A stretch of 64,000 nt of DNA, taken from assembly GCA_963823765.1 (NCBI GenBank), contig CAWGML010000001.1:323642-387641 (forward strand), in the 5' to 3' direction. Numbering within the stretch: position 1 is the first letter of the stretch; the number at the start of each line of letters is the position of its first letter. The notes below the pieces were generated by a model that was not told the DNA's origin, ran no database searches, and was given only the letters and a program-made list of their open reading frames with translations. The translations under genes were made by a program, and so were the position numbers. Below are positions 38,449-49,345 of the stretch, one piece after another. This DNA is from Candidatus Dormiibacterota bacterium. Its GTDB lineage: Bacteria > Chloroflexota > Dormibacteria > Aeolococcales > Aeolococcaceae.

Positions 38449-38937
38449 TCAGGGTGTCAGCTGGTCGAGCTGGGCCGCGTGCTGCTCCAGGTGCCCCACG
38501 AGGAACTCGTCGATGATCCGCTCGAGGGTCATCTCTCCGAGGGTGGGATGAACGCCGCGCGCACGCCATGCTGTGCCATCGAGCCCGCTGAGAAAGCTCC
38601 GCAGGCTGGCGATGTCGCCGGCGGTGCGACGCCATAGGCGCGCCTGGTCGGTGGTGCGGTCCCGCTGGATGGCGGCGATTCGACCAGGGTCGCTCTTGGT
38701 CCGTCCGAATGGCGTGGGCTCGTCCATCCCGCGCTCGACCACCAGGGTGACCTCGCCGAGCCAGTAGGGGATGAACTCGGCGACGTGGGCCCAGACCTGC
38801 CCGGCCTCCCAGCGTTCACCGGTCGGTGGATCCGGCGCGGTCAGGGCGTTGGCGGGGAACTCTCGTTCCGCATGGGTGCGCAATCTCTCCTCGACGCCGT
38901 CGAGACGCTGACTCAACGCCGGAGCTTCGGAACTCAC
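38449..38937 (-). CDS. DinB-family (DinB_2 / MDMPI_N-like) metal-dependent protein
   Basis: 162 aa with WAHVAEFIPYWL and FLVGHLEQHAAQL His motifs. Its start overlaps the FAH gene stop. Confidence 0.7.
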   Translation of the reverse strand: MSSEAPALSQRLDGVEERLRTHAEREFPANALTAPDPPTGERWEAGQVWAHVAEFIPYWLGEVTLVVERGMDEPTPFGRTKSDPGRIAAIQRDRTTDQARLWRRTAGDIASLRSFLSGLDGTAWRARGVHPTLGEMTLERIIDEFLVGHLEQHAAQLDQLTP

Positions 38938-39854
38938 CGCAATGCTCTCACCGGTGCGCCGGGGACGACGCGGTTGCGCAGCGAGCCGAGCCGGTCGACG
39001 CTCAGGACGACCTCATCGCCGGGCTGCAGCCACGGATAGGCATCACTGCCGTGCACGAGGGCGAGCTCCAGGATGCACCCGGTGCCGCACGTGCCCGAGC
39101 CGATGACGTCACCCACTTCCACACGGGTTCCGCGCGACGCGTAGCTGATCATCTCGCCGAAGCTCCAATAGATATCCGCGAGCGATGCCCGCGAGTACTC
39201 GCGTCCGTTGACGCTCGCGGTCATTGCGAGGTCGTAGGCGCGGCCACTGCGCGCATCCTCGATCTCGTCCGGGGTGACCAGCATCGGGCCCAGCGTGGTC
39301 GCCGAGTCCTTGCCCTTCACAGGCCCCATGCTCAGCTTCATCTCACGGCGCTGGATGTCGCGCGCACTCCAGTCGTTCATGACGCAGAAGCCGGCGATGC
39401 TCTCCTCACCCTGCTGCGGTGTCAGGTCAGAACCGCCACGGCCGATGATCGCCGCGACCTCGAGCTCGAAGTCGAGCTCGCTGCTCCCCGGCGGCACCGC
39501 CACGTCGGCGCCGTCGCCGTTGACGGCGTACGGGTTGCTGAAATAGAACACCGGCAGCTCGTACCAGTCGGGATCCATCTCGAGCCCGCGCCGCTTGCGG
39601 GCGGTCTTGACGTGCTGCTCGAACGCGTAGAAGTCACGAACCGCAGGTGGATGGGGAATCGGTGCGCGGAGTGTGACATCGGCGAGAGCAACGACGTCAG
39701 CAGGCTCGCGCCGCGCTCTGTCAGCAGCGCTCTCCAGGTCGGCGAGCAGGCTGAGCAGCGTCACACCCTCGGGCAGGGCATGCACCTGTGACTCGACGAC
39801 GACGCCGACGCGGTCGACGTCCTCCCGGCCGTGTCGGAAGGTCACCCAGCGCAT
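38934..39854 (-). CDS. fumarylacetoacetate hydrolase (FAH) family protein
   Basis: 306 aa with DFELEVAAIIG, NDWSARDIQ, GKDSATTLGP, and GTRVEVGDVIGSGTCG... in the C-terminal region. Confidence 0.9.
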   Translation of the reverse strand: MRWVTFRHGREDVDRVGVVVESQVHALPEGVTLLSLLADLESAADRARREPADVVALADVTLRAPIPHPPAVRDFYAFEQHVKTARKRRGLEMDPDWYELPVFYFSNPYAVNGDGADVAVPPGSSELDFELEVAAIIGRGGSDLTPQQGEESIAGFCVMNDWSARDIQRREMKLSMGPVKGKDSATTLGPMLVTPDEIEDARSGRAYDLAMTASVNGREYSRASLADIYWSFGEMISYASRGTRVEVGDVIGSGTCGTGCILELALVHGSDAYPWLQPGDEVVLSVDRLGSLRNRVVPGAPVRALR

Positions 39855-39917
39855 CTGTATTGCTCCTCTCGGTGACGGTTGCGGCGACCCACACTACATA
39901 TACTGGCGGTCTCCGCG

Positions 39918-40010
39918 GGGGAGGTGGCTGAGAGGCTGAAAGCGCCCGCCTGCTAAGCGGGTGAGGGATGTTAAGTCCCTCCGGGGGTTCGAATCCCCCC
40001 CTTCCCGCCA
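39918..40010 (+). tRNA. tRNA-Ser (anticodon GCU)
   Basis: GGGGAGGTGGCTGAGAGGCTGAAAGCGCCCGCCTGCTAAGCGGGTGAGGGATGTTAAGTCCCTCCGGGGGTTCGAATCCCCCCCTTCCCGCCA. Anticodon loop CTGCTAA, long variable arm, encoded CCA. Confidence 0.95.
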
Positions 40011-40011
40011 C

Positions 40012-40044
40012 GCGGCTCGGCCGCGAACGCGCGGGCCGAGCCGC
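40012..40044. terminator. 11-bp perfect GC hairpin after tRNA-Ser(GCU), between convergent transcription units
   Basis: GCGGCTCGGCC (40012-40022) pairs with GGCCGAGCCGC (40034-40044); the loop is 11 nt. No U-tract. Confidence 0.55.
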
Positions 40045-40052
40045 GGCGCTCC

Positions 40053-40430
40053 TCACGCGAACAGGGCGCCGGTCAACCGGTCGTCGAGCTTCGGCTCGCG
40101 GAAGATCTTCTGCATGCGGCTCATCCTGGCGACGCCCTTGACATTGATCCTTCCGGTGAGCATCGCCAGCATCGGGCTGCTCATCGGCCGGATCATGACG
40201 CAGTTGAACGTGACCGGATCGAGGGACATGCGGACGTCAGCAGGATGCGGCGCTCCATCGCTCAGCCCCGCAGCGCCGTCCTCCACGCGGATGGTGTACA
40301 TCCCGCCGCCCGGCCCGGTGAAGTCGAGCACCAGTGTGAAGGGGCGATCACCGGCGGCGTGGAAGTCGACGCTGTTGGACATGAACCCGACGTATCCCTC
40401 CAGCGCATTGGGAGTCGCCGCCCCTGGCAC
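40053..40430 (-). CDS. SCP2 sterol-carrier-like domain protein (5' end may extend, see findings)
   Basis: RPFTLVLDFTGPGGGMYTIRVEDG...DVRMSLDPVTFNCVMIRPMSSPMLAMLTGRINVKGVARMSRMQKIF matches the SCP2 fold pattern. Confidence 0.7.
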   Translation of the reverse strand: MPGAATPNALEGYVGFMSNSVDFHAAGDRPFTLVLDFTGPGGGMYTIRVEDGAAGLSDGAPHPADVRMSLDPVTFNCVMIRPMSSPMLAMLTGRINVKGVARMSRMQKIFREPKLDDRLTGALFA

Positions 40431-40685
40431 GCGTCATGACTGCCGAGCCGGATCATCAGCTCGGTGCCCTCACCCCAGCTGTGCAGAGCTGCCGAACGCA
40501 GCGCGGTCCGCACAGTGCTGTTGAAGCCGGCGAGCTGCCTGAGCTCTGTCGAGGTGGTGGTGACGAGGTCCTGAGTTCATATGAGTGCCTCCGGTGCGGT
40601 GGTAGATAGCCCGCAGCCTGGATGCGACGGTCCCGGCGATCATGGGGGAGTTCTCCGGATCTCGCGACCCGGTCATCGGAGCGTC

Positions 40686-41864
40686 CTACCGACCCGCGGC
40701 GGCGACCGTCCCGGCCAGCCCGAGAGCCAGCGTCAAACGCTCCGGGGTGGTGGTGAAACAGAGGCGGAGTCGCTCGGGGACCTCGAACGCGATGCCCGGA
40801 GTCACAAGCACGCGGTGCTCGGCGAGAGCGCTCACGTACGCCAGCGTGTCAGGCCACGGGCTGCGGATCCACAGGAAGATGCCGCCCTGCGGCTCGGCGA
40901 CGTCCAGCCCGGCGCGCAGCGCCGCGTCGCGCGCGTGGTCGCGCAGCACGCGGTACTGGTCGACGCTGATGTTCCAGGAGTTGAGGTGGAGCAGCGCCCG
41001 CTGCGCGGTGGCGGGGGCACTCACCATCCCGAGCGCACGCATGCAGCTCTCCAGCCCGCGGTCGGTGTCATCGCCCGCCAGGGACGGATGCAGGACGAGG
41101 TACCCGATGCGTTCGCCCGCCAGGCCCATGTCCTTGGAGAATGAGCGAGCCAGCACCGTGTGCTCGTAGTACGCAAACGGCTCGACGCGCCGGGCTGGTG
41201 GGTACACGAGGTTGCGGTACGCCTCGTCGGCCACGAGCAGCACCCGGCGACCGGTGCGCCGGTTGTGGTGCTCGAGCACATCGACGATCGCGGCCATCTC
41301 CTCGTGCTCGATGACGTGGCCGCTGGGGTTGCTCGGGCTGTTGATGATCAACGCCGCGGTGCGCTCGGTCAGCGCGCTCACCAACGCGTCGATGTCGACG
41401 CGCTGGGTGGTGTCATCGGAGCGCACCGGGTTGAACACGAGGCCGCCGGTCTCGCAGTAGGGGCGAAACTCGGGGAAGTAGGGCGTGATCCCCACCACCT
41501 CGTCACCAGCGTCGAGGAAGGCGCGCAGCGCGAGGCACATCGCGCCCGCCGCGCCGCCTGTCATGGCAATGCACGCTGCTGTCACACCCGGCACGTCGAC
41601 GTCCTCGGCAGCGCGCTCGCGCAGCTCCGGGTACCCGAGGTTGGGCATGTAGGCGTGACGCCCAGGGTGGGACTCAGCTGCCGCGCGGGCCAGGGCGTCG
41701 CGGACCGGTGGTGGGGCATCGAGCGGTTGGCCCAGCGAGAGATCGATCACCCCGTCGTCGCCGTGCTCTGTGCGCAGACGCTGGCCCTCGGCGAACATCC
41801 GCCGGATCCAGCCACCCGCGTCGACCTGGGACGCGGTCCACCGTGACAGCGGCGACTGCTTCAC
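40686..41864 (-). CDS. class I/II pyridoxal-phosphate aminotransferase (aromatic/aspartate type by context)
   Basis: GTG 41864 (GTGA overlap with the hmgA stop). INSPSNPSG, SFSKDMGLAGERIGY (PLP-Lys). About 392 aa. Confidence 0.85.
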   Translation of the reverse strand: MKQSPLSRWTASQVDAGGWIRRMFAEGQRLRTEHGDDGVIDLSLGQPLDAPPPVRDALARAAAESHPGRHAYMPNLGYPELRERAAEDVDVPGVTAACIAMTGGAAGAMCLALRAFLDAGDEVVGITPYFPEFRPYCETGGLVFNPVRSDDTTQRVDIDALVSALTERTAALIINSPSNPSGHVIEHEEMAAIVDVLEHHNRRTGRRVLLVADEAYRNLVYPPARRVEPFAYYEHTVLARSFSKDMGLAGERIGYLVLHPSLAGDDTDRGLESCMRALGMVSAPATAQRALLHLNSWNISVDQYRVLRDHARDAALRAGLDVAEPQGGIFLWIRSPWPDTLAYVSALAEHRVLVTPGIAFEVPERLRLCFTTTPERLTLALGLAGTVAAAGR

Positions 41865-43056
41865 CGCCCTGTGCTCAGGCGATCGAACTCGGTGCCGCGC
41901 ATCCCGCCGGTGTGCCACGAGAACGGGTACTCGCGATCGACCAGCTGGCGCGCCACCTCGGTGCGGTGCAACGGCCGGAAGGTGTCGACCATCACCGCCA
42001 GCTCGTTGGTCTCGCGCGGGCGCTCGTACGACGCCTCGAGCGCACCCGGCTGGGGGCCGTGCGGAACCCCGCCGACGTGGTGGGTGAAGGAGCTCTGCTT
42101 CACCCCCCGGCGGGCAGCGTAGTCGCCGTCGACGTAGTACAGCACCTCATCGGAGTCGAGGTTGCTGTGGTGGTAGGGGAGCATCACGGCGTCAGGATCC
42201 CAGTCGAGCTTGCGCGGCACGAACGAGCAGATCACCACGTTGTGCGCCTGGAAGGTCTGGTGGATCGGCGGCGGCACGTGGAAGCGGCCGGCGCGCGGCT
42301 CGAAGTCGTGGATGTTGAAGGCCACCGGGTAGATGGTGCCGTCCCAGCCGACGAGGTCGAAGGGATGATGATCGAGCCGGTACCGGCTGACCCGGCCAGC
42401 ACGCTTGAGCCAGACCTCGACCGGTCCGTCGCCGCCCGGCTCGAGCTGGTCGGGTCCGCGGAAATCGCGCTCCGAGTAGGGAGCGATCTCGGTGAGCTGG
42501 CCGTTGCGCGCCCGATACCGATCCGGCGAGTCGACGAGCCCGGCAACCTCCAGGGCGAGGATGCGCACATCGTCGAGAGTCTCGAGCTCGACGCGGTAGA
42601 TGGTGCCCCGGGGGATCACCACGTAGTCGTGCGTGCCGAACGGCAGCGTGCCGAATTGCGTGTGCAGCACACCGGCACCGCGGTGGATGAAGAGGATCTC
42701 GTCGGCGCTGCCGTTGACGCACAGCACCTCCTGCTGCCGGACCGGGAAGGCCAGTCCGATGTGGATGTCGTCGTTGATGAGCAGCCACTTGCGACCGCCG
42801 ACGACGTCGCCGTCAGGCTGGAGGTTGAAGCCCTGGAGGTGGGCATGCTCGTGGACCTGCTCGCGCTCGGGGGCCATCATCTCGGCCGGTCCCTCGCTGA
42901 TGTCGTGCGCGGACTCCGGCATGGTGCGGTGGTACAGCAGCGACGACGGCCCGCTGAAGCCCTCGCGGCCGAAGAGCTCCTCGAAGATGGGCTTGCCGTC
43001 CACCTCGAAGCGCATGTGGCGCTTGCGTGGCACCTCCCCGAGACGCCGGTACGTTC

Positions 43057-43060
<4 letters not shown>
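41861..43060 (-). CDS. hmgA: homogentisate 1,2-dioxygenase
   Basis: 399 aa with cupin-type HGD motifs (DEILFIHRGAG, VIPRGTIYRV, LPYHHSNLDSDEVLYYV, FTHHVGGVPHGPQPG). Confidence 0.9.
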
Positions 43061-44180
<1,120 letters not shown>

Positions 44181-44184
<4 letters not shown>

Positions 44185-45056
44185 GCGGCTGCGGGCTCCA
44201 GCTCCCGGCGGCGCTTCTCGAGGCCGTCCCAGAACGTCTTCACGCCGTTGAGCATCTCCGCGGCGCCCTCGAGGAACTTCTGCTGGTCGAAGCCGGGCCG
44301 CTGGAACGCGCCCTCGAGCTCGTCCATCGTGTGCGCGGCATGCTGGTCCTCGACACGGTCGTGCCAGGTGAAGAATGCGAGGCGCAGGTCCGGGGCCTCG
44401 CGGTTCTTGAAGGCGTCGAGCCCGTTGATGAGCTGCTTCCAGAAACCCGCGGCTGCCCAGTGCTCCACGGCGAAGCTGGCGCCCTCGGCGACGTCCGCGT
44501 CGTCGCTGCCGTAGATGCGCGCGAGCTCGTCACAGAAGAACAGCGTCTCCTCGCGGCCGAACTTGCGCTTGCCGAGGTCGTCGAAGCCGAGGCCGACGGC
44601 CTCGCCCACCTTGACCAGCCACTCGAAATGACGAGCGTTGAACCGGTAGACGCCGCCGTCGACCGTGCCCTCGGTCGAGACCAGCTCGGGGTCGCCCTCG
44701 CGGTCCTTGTCGGCGTCGCTCGTGGCGCCGTTGTCCTTGGGCGACGTGCGCCCGCTGTTGAAGACGACGCCGAGCTCGTTGACGAGGATCTCGCACGACT
44801 CACGCGCTTGCGACATGGTCGGCGCGTTGATCGTCTTGAGCAGCTGGGCGACGATGAACAGGTTGCTGAAAACAGAGAACTGCTGGATCAGGTCGCGGAC
44901 CTGCTCACGGGATGCCTTCCCCGTGTTGAACCAGGTGCAGTAGTCGTTGTTGGTGACCACGGGATGGCTCATCACCGTCTCGCGGACCTGCTCGAGGAAG
45001 GTGTCCCAATCGGACCCGGCCGCGGCGACCGGCGGCTCGCTCACAACGGTGGACAT
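44181..45056 (-). CDS. heme-oxygenase-like iron-containing redox enzyme family protein
   Basis: ATG 45056 preceded by GGAGG. HPVVTNNDYCTWFNTGKASREQVRDLIQQFSVFSNLF (typical N-terminal helices of the family). Candidate metal ligands are ILVNELG, AVEHW and VEDQH. GTGA overlap with the hppD start. Confidence 0.65.
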
Positions 45057-45118
45057 CGTGTTCGCCTCCATGCGCCTGGACGTTAAGGACTGGGGCAAAG
45101 TGTGGCCGTCGGTACGCG

Positions 45119-45153
45119 TTATGTCCAGCGATGCTCCTGTGTGCTGGACATAA
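45119..45153. promoter_or_regulatory. perfect 11-bp inverted repeat TTATGTCCAGC-N13-GCTGGACATAA in the divergent promoter region
   Basis: Read directly. It lies between the heme-oxygenase-like gene (start 45056, minus) and the Lrp/AsnC gene (start 45184, plus). A third half-site, ATGTCCA, covers the regulator start codon (45184-45190). Confidence 0.5.
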
Positions 45154-45183
45154 TGCACAGCTACGGCCATACTGACAGACGAA

Positions 45184-45690
45184 ATGTCCAACGAACCGCT
45201 GGGCCACCGACCTCCGCGGGGACAATCTGCCGCCGCGGCGCTCGATCCCACCGATCGGCGGCTCCTCGAGGTGCTCGCCGACGATGCGCGCATCTCTGTC
45301 GCCGCCCTCGCCGAGCGAGCGGGCATCTCGCGCGCCGCCACCTACACCCGTCTCGACAACCTCCGCGAGACAGGGGTCATCGAGGGCTACTCGGTGCGCG
45401 TCAACCCCGCGCGCGTGGGGCTGGGGATCACGGCGCTGGTGCTGATCTCCGGGCGACAGCCCGCCTGGCGCTCCCTGCGCCGGCGCCTCGTCTCGATGCC
45501 CGAGGTCGAGTACTGCGCGTTCACGACCGGCGAGTACGACGCGCTGCTGGTGGTGCGTGTGCCCGACGTCGAGACGCTCCGCGACGTCGTCCTGGAGCGC
45601 CTGCAGGCCAGCGAGGAGATCCGTGCCACGCAGACCATCTTCGTGCTCGAGGAGCTGGTGAAGCGGCCGCTGGTGCTTCCCAAGGGTTGA
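45184..45690 (+). CDS. Lrp/AsnC family transcriptional regulator
   Basis: LDPTDRRLLEVLADDARISVAALAERAGISRAATYTRLDNLRETGVI HTH plus a RAM-type C-terminal domain. Confidence 0.85.
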   Translation: MSNEPLGHRPPRGQSAAAALDPTDRRLLEVLADDARISVAALAERAGISRAATYTRLDNLRETGVIEGYSVRVNPARVGLGITALVLISGRQPAWRSLRRRLVSMPEVEYCAFTTGEYDALLVVRVPDVETLRDVVLERLQASEEIRATQTIFVLEELVKRPLVLPKG

Positions 45691-45700
45691 GCCCTGCCGC

Positions 45701-46156
45701 TCAGCCGGACACCTCGAAGATCGCCTCGATCTCCAGCGCGGCGCCGAGCGGCAGCTCGCTGACCCCGATCGCGCTGCGTGCGTGGCGCCCGCTCTCGCCG
45801 AACAGCTCGACGAACAGGTCCGATGCGCCGTTGATCACCGCAGGCTGGCCGTCGAAGCCGGCCGCGCTGCGCACGTACCCGGTGACTCGCAGCACGCCGG
45901 TGATGCGGTCGAGCGAGCCCACCGCGGCTGCGGCGCTGGCGAGCAGGTCGAGGGCGACGGCACGGGCCATCTGCTGAGCGGCGGCGGCGTCGACATCCGC
46001 GCCGACGACCCCGCGGGTGACAGCACCTTCAGTTCGGGACACGTGTCCCGACGTGTAGAGGAGCCCAGCAGCCTGTCGCGCCATGACGTAGCTCGCCAGG
46101 GGCGTCTGTGCCTGCGGGAGGGTCAGTCCGAGCGCGGCCAGGCGGTCGCTGAGCAC
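45701..46156 (-). CDS. RidA/YjgF-like family protein
   Basis: YTSGHVS...GYVRSAAGF...GRHARSAIGVSELPLGAALEIEAIFEV pattern. GTG 46156 sits 1 nt after the upstream stop; the ORF extends to 46183. Confidence 0.8.
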   Translation of the reverse strand: MLSDRLAALGLTLPQAQTPLASYVMARQAAGLLYTSGHVSRTEGAVTRGVVGADVDAAAAQQMARAVALDLLASAAAAVGSLDRITGVLRVTGYVRSAAGFDGQPAVINGASDLFVELFGESGRHARSAIGVSELPLGAALEIEAIFEVSG

Positions 46157-46157
46157 G

Positions 46158-47045
46158 TCAGCGCTCGTTGAGGTAGCCCGCATTCCCGGTGAACGCCAGG
46201 GGCGCGAAGCCGAACGCGCTGCGCACAGCGTCGAGGCGGGTGATGTTGTGCCGCGCCAGCAGGCGCAGCTGCGCGGGCGTCACCGGCGGTCTGGACAGCA
46301 CCTTGTCCATCACCGCCGCCGCCGGCATCAGCGCTGCGACAGGCACATGCACCTTGATGCGCATGCCCGCCCCGATGGCGTCGTGGATGATGTCCACGAT
46401 GCCCTCGTAGGAGAGCTGCTCCGGTCCCCCGATCTCGATGACACGCATCCCGGGTCCGCGCTCCAGCGAGAGCGTGATGCACCGGACCACGTCGTCGATG
46501 CTGATCGGCTGGAAGAGCGCGCCCCCGTCGCCGGCGATCGGGATGACCGGGATGCTGTAGCGAACCAGCGAGCACAGCGTGGTGAAGAACCCGTCGCCGG
46601 GCCCGAAGATGAGGCTGGGGCGAAGGATCGTGTAGGGCACGCCGCCCCGGCGCACGGCCTGCTCGGCCATCCACTTCGTGTAGTGGTAGGGGAACTTGGG
46701 ATCGGGATCGGCGCCGACGGCGCTGATGTAGACGAGGTGCCCGATGCCGGCGCTCGCCGCCGCGGACACGACATTCTCCGTACCGCGACGGATCACGGCG
46801 TCGAAGGTCTGCTTGCCCTTCTCGCGGATGATCGCGGTGAGGTGGACCACGGCGTCACAGCCGGCGAACGCCTCTGTGAGCCCCTTGCCGGCGGTGACGT
46901 CCGCGCGCACGACGCGCAGACCCTCGCGTGGCGCCACCCGGCGCGTGCCGCGCGCCACCAGCAGGACCTCGTGGCCGGCGGCGAGCAGGGCGCGGGCCGT
47001 GTTGCTGCCGACGAAGCCGGTTCCCCCGGTGATGGCAACCCGCAC
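46158..47045 (-). CDS. NAD(P)H-binding atypical SDR (NmrA / NDUFA9-like)
   Basis: MRVAITGGTGFVGSNTARALLAAGHEV Rossmann start, YHYTKWMAE, ILRPSLIFGPGD. Confidence 0.8.
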   Translation of the reverse strand: MRVAITGGTGFVGSNTARALLAAGHEVLLVARGTRRVAPREGLRVVRADVTAGKGLTEAFAGCDAVVHLTAIIREKGKQTFDAVIRRGTENVVSAAASAGIGHLVYISAVGADPDPKFPYHYTKWMAEQAVRRGGVPYTILRPSLIFGPGDGFFTTLCSLVRYSIPVIPIAGDGGALFQPISIDDVVRCITLSLERGPGMRVIEIGGPEQLSYEGIVDIIHDAIGAGMRIKVHVPVAALMPAAAVMDKVLSRPPVTPAQLRLLARHNITRLDAVRSAFGFAPLAFTGNAGYLNER

Positions 47046-47102
47046 CTGCTCGACCCTCCTCTGCTGACGGGAGCAGCGTACGAAATGCCCCTGCGGCGGT
47101 GA

Positions 47103-47381
47103 TCAACCGGCTGCGTCTTGCTCCGCGCGCCGTGCCGCAGCCCTGTCCTCCCGCGCCTCGTACTCGCCGCCGAAGGTACGGTCCACCTCCTCACCGACGC
47201 GCTTCAGCTTGTCGATGACCCCATCGCCTGCGCCGGCCTCTGTGGCGGTCTTCTCGAGAGTCTCCCGTGGTCCCTCGGGCACCCGCTCGTCGGCTTCGCG
47301 GCCGCTCTCCTGGGCCGCATCCGAAAGCGTGGTCGCCTCGGCGTCGTGGCGCTCGCGGTGTTCGTGTTCCTGCTCGCCCAT
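47103..47381 (-). CDS. small acidic hypothetical protein
   Basis: 92 aa, Glu/Asp/Arg-rich (MGEQEHEHRERHDAEA...VIDKLKRVGEEVDRTFGGEYEARED). The composition is unlike shadow frames. Confidence 0.45.
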   Translation of the reverse strand: MGEQEHEHRERHDAEATTLSDAAQESGREADERVPEGPRETLEKTATEAGAGDGVIDKLKRVGEEVDRTFGGEYEAREDRAAARRAEQDAAG

Positions 47382-47405
47382 GACAGCACCTCCCTGCGCT
47401 GGTTG

Positions 47406-47798
47406 TCAGCCGTCAACTATGCCGCCTTCGTACGCCTCCACATCCACGTCGCCTGTTCCTGGCAGCCCTGCCTGCTCGACCTCCAGCGCCTGCTCCATGG
47501 CGGTGGGCAGCCGGTCGAGCCCCCGTTCGAGCGTGTGGCGGACGCGCCGCCGGAACACGCCTCCCACCACGCGTGCCAGGCCGAGCAGACGGAGGTTGGC
47601 GTCGACGTCGAGCACGGTGCCGCCCTCGCCGTCCGGGGTGACCCGGTTGCGCACCACGAGGTCGATGAGCCGGTCGCGCTGGCGCACCTCGACGACGTCG
47701 CCCTCGATGGTGACGTCATCCTCACGGGTGCCTGCGAGCAGGAACGCCCGGACCCACTCCGGGGAGGCGTCGACCCGGCACTGGGTGGTGACCTGCAT
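47406..47798 (-). CDS. SRPBCC-like small protein
   Basis: ATG 47798: MQVTTQCRVDASPEWVRAFLLAGTREDDVTIEGDVVEVRQRDRLIDLVVRNRVTPDG... The upstream part of ORF 47406..47963 is junk. Confidence 0.5.
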   Translation of the reverse strand: MQVTTQCRVDASPEWVRAFLLAGTREDDVTIEGDVVEVRQRDRLIDLVVRNRVTPDGEGGTVLDVDANLRLLGLARVVGGVFRRRVRHTLERGLDRLPTAMEQALEVEQAGLPGTGDVDVEAYEGGIVDG

Positions 47799-47892
47799 GC
47801 CGTGCAGTGTGCTCGACAACCGGAGCGCGACGCCCCAGCACAACCCTGTTGCGAAGCGTCCGCCTGAGGTCGCACCACGTAGAGTTGCGGCT

Positions 47893-48808
47893 GTGAAGCG
47901 CCCGCTCGGCACTGCCCTCGTCCTCGCCGTGGCAGCCCTGCTCGCCGCGTGCGGCAGCGCCACCTCTCCGGCCGCGCTCGCGCCGCCGCCGGACCAGTCG
48001 ATCCAGCTGGCGGCTGCTCACATCGCGGCCGGCTCCTTCCGCATGACCGCCACGGCGACCACGGCCATCGACGCGGGCAGCGTCACCGGCCCGCTCGCCT
48101 CGCAGATCGCCGGCGCCGCGCAGCAGTCCGGCAGCCAGTCCATCCAGGAAGCGGTCCAGGATGCCCGGGACATGACGGCAACGGTCACCAGCGCCAAGCA
48201 CGCGTTCCACCTGGTGGTCTACGCCGGCACCGTGTACGTCTCAGCCGACGGGGTGAGCTACAAGAGCGCGCCCTTCATGACCGCCCTCCTGAGCCAGCTC
48301 TCCGCGTCGCAGGTGCGCGACTACGCCGCCCACCTGAAGGGCACCAGGGACCAGGGGCCGTCGACGCAGGACGGCGTTGCCACCGAGCAGTACTCGTCGT
48401 CGGTCGACCCGGCCTATCTGACCTCCCTGCTCGACAAGTTCCTCACGTCACTGCTCGGCAGCTTCGGTACCACGATCCCGCCGATGGTGGCCACCACGCT
48501 GCTCGGGGCGATGCACTTCCAGGACATCAACCTCACCTGGTACGTCGACAGGGCGACGGGCCACCTCGTCCGTGAGGTCACCCACGGCACCATCGCCATC
48601 GACATCGCCAAGTTCGTGGCCGGGATCGCGGCGACAGCCCATGGCACGCCTCCATCGACTGTGTCAGGAACCATGCTTCTCCATGAGTCCCTCGACGCGC
48701 ATTTCAGCGGCTGGGGCGACCGCGATCGTCGTCCCCAAGCCCAACGTCAGCGGGTCGGTGACCCCGCAGCAGTTCTTTCAGCTCCTGGTCCACGCGCCGG
48801 CGGCCTGA
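47893..48808 (+). pseudogene. lipoprotein, LppX/LprAFG-like (tentative), frame broken near the C-terminus
   Basis: GTG 47893: VKRPLGTALVLAVAALLAACGS (lipobox). After ...LLHESLDAHFSGW the written frame becomes Arg-rich and runs to 48846. The neighbouring frame gives ATAIVVPKPNVSGSVTPQQFFQLLVHAPAA* (stop ending at 48808). The junction is at the GGGG run 48712-48715. Confidence 0.65.
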
Positions 48809-48830
48809 GCCAGGCGGCGCGCGCCTCTCG

Positions 48831-49238
48831 ATGGTGCGGGCGATGAGCTACGTCAAGGACTCCCGCGTCGACGCCTACATCGACGCGCTGCCGGGGTGGC
48901 AGCAGAGGATCTGTCGCGAGGTTCGCGACCTCGTCCACTCCGTCGACCCTGAGGTCACCGAGACCATCAAGCGCGCCAGGCAGCCGTACTTCGTCCTGCA
49001 CGGCAACATCTGCGCGCTCCTGGCCGCCAGGGACCACGTCAACGTCTTCCTCTATGACGGGGGCATCGTTCCCGACCCACAGGGGATCATCACCGCCGGC
49101 CACGACAACAAGACCGCGCGCACGGTCGCGTTTCGCGAAGGCGAGGCCATCAAGAAACCGGCGCTGGCGGCGATGTTCAAGCACATCGTCGCCAACAACC
49201 GTGCCGGTGGCTGGCGCAGGCTGAAGCACGACAGCTGA
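48831..49238 (+). CDS. DUF1801 (YdhG-like) domain protein
   Basis: VDAYIDALPGWQQRICREVRDLVHSVDPEVTETIKRARQPYFVLHGNICALLAARDHVNVFLYDG pattern. Confidence 0.75.
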   Translation: MVRAMSYVKDSRVDAYIDALPGWQQRICREVRDLVHSVDPEVTETIKRARQPYFVLHGNICALLAARDHVNVFLYDGGIVPDPQGIITAGHDNKTARTVAFREGEAIKKPALAAMFKHIVANNRAGGWRRLKHDS

Positions 49239-49253
49239 GGCCGTTGCCGAGCG

Positions 49254-49282
49254 AACATCTGTTCGCTATCATCGACGTCCCG
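49254..49282 (+). promoter_or_regulatory. SOS promoter: -35 TTGCCG, 17-nt spacer filled by LexA box GCGAACATCTGTTCGC (49261-49276), -10 TATCAT
   Basis: Read directly. GAAC-N4-GTTC is the actinobacterial/Gram-positive LexA core. GAGGAG lies 7 nt before the imuA' ATG 49346. Confidence 0.75.
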
Positions 49283-49345
49283 GCCGCGGTCTGAGCCCTC
49301 GTTCCCCTTGAGGCGGTTCGGTGCAACGACGGTGAGGAGCTGTGG

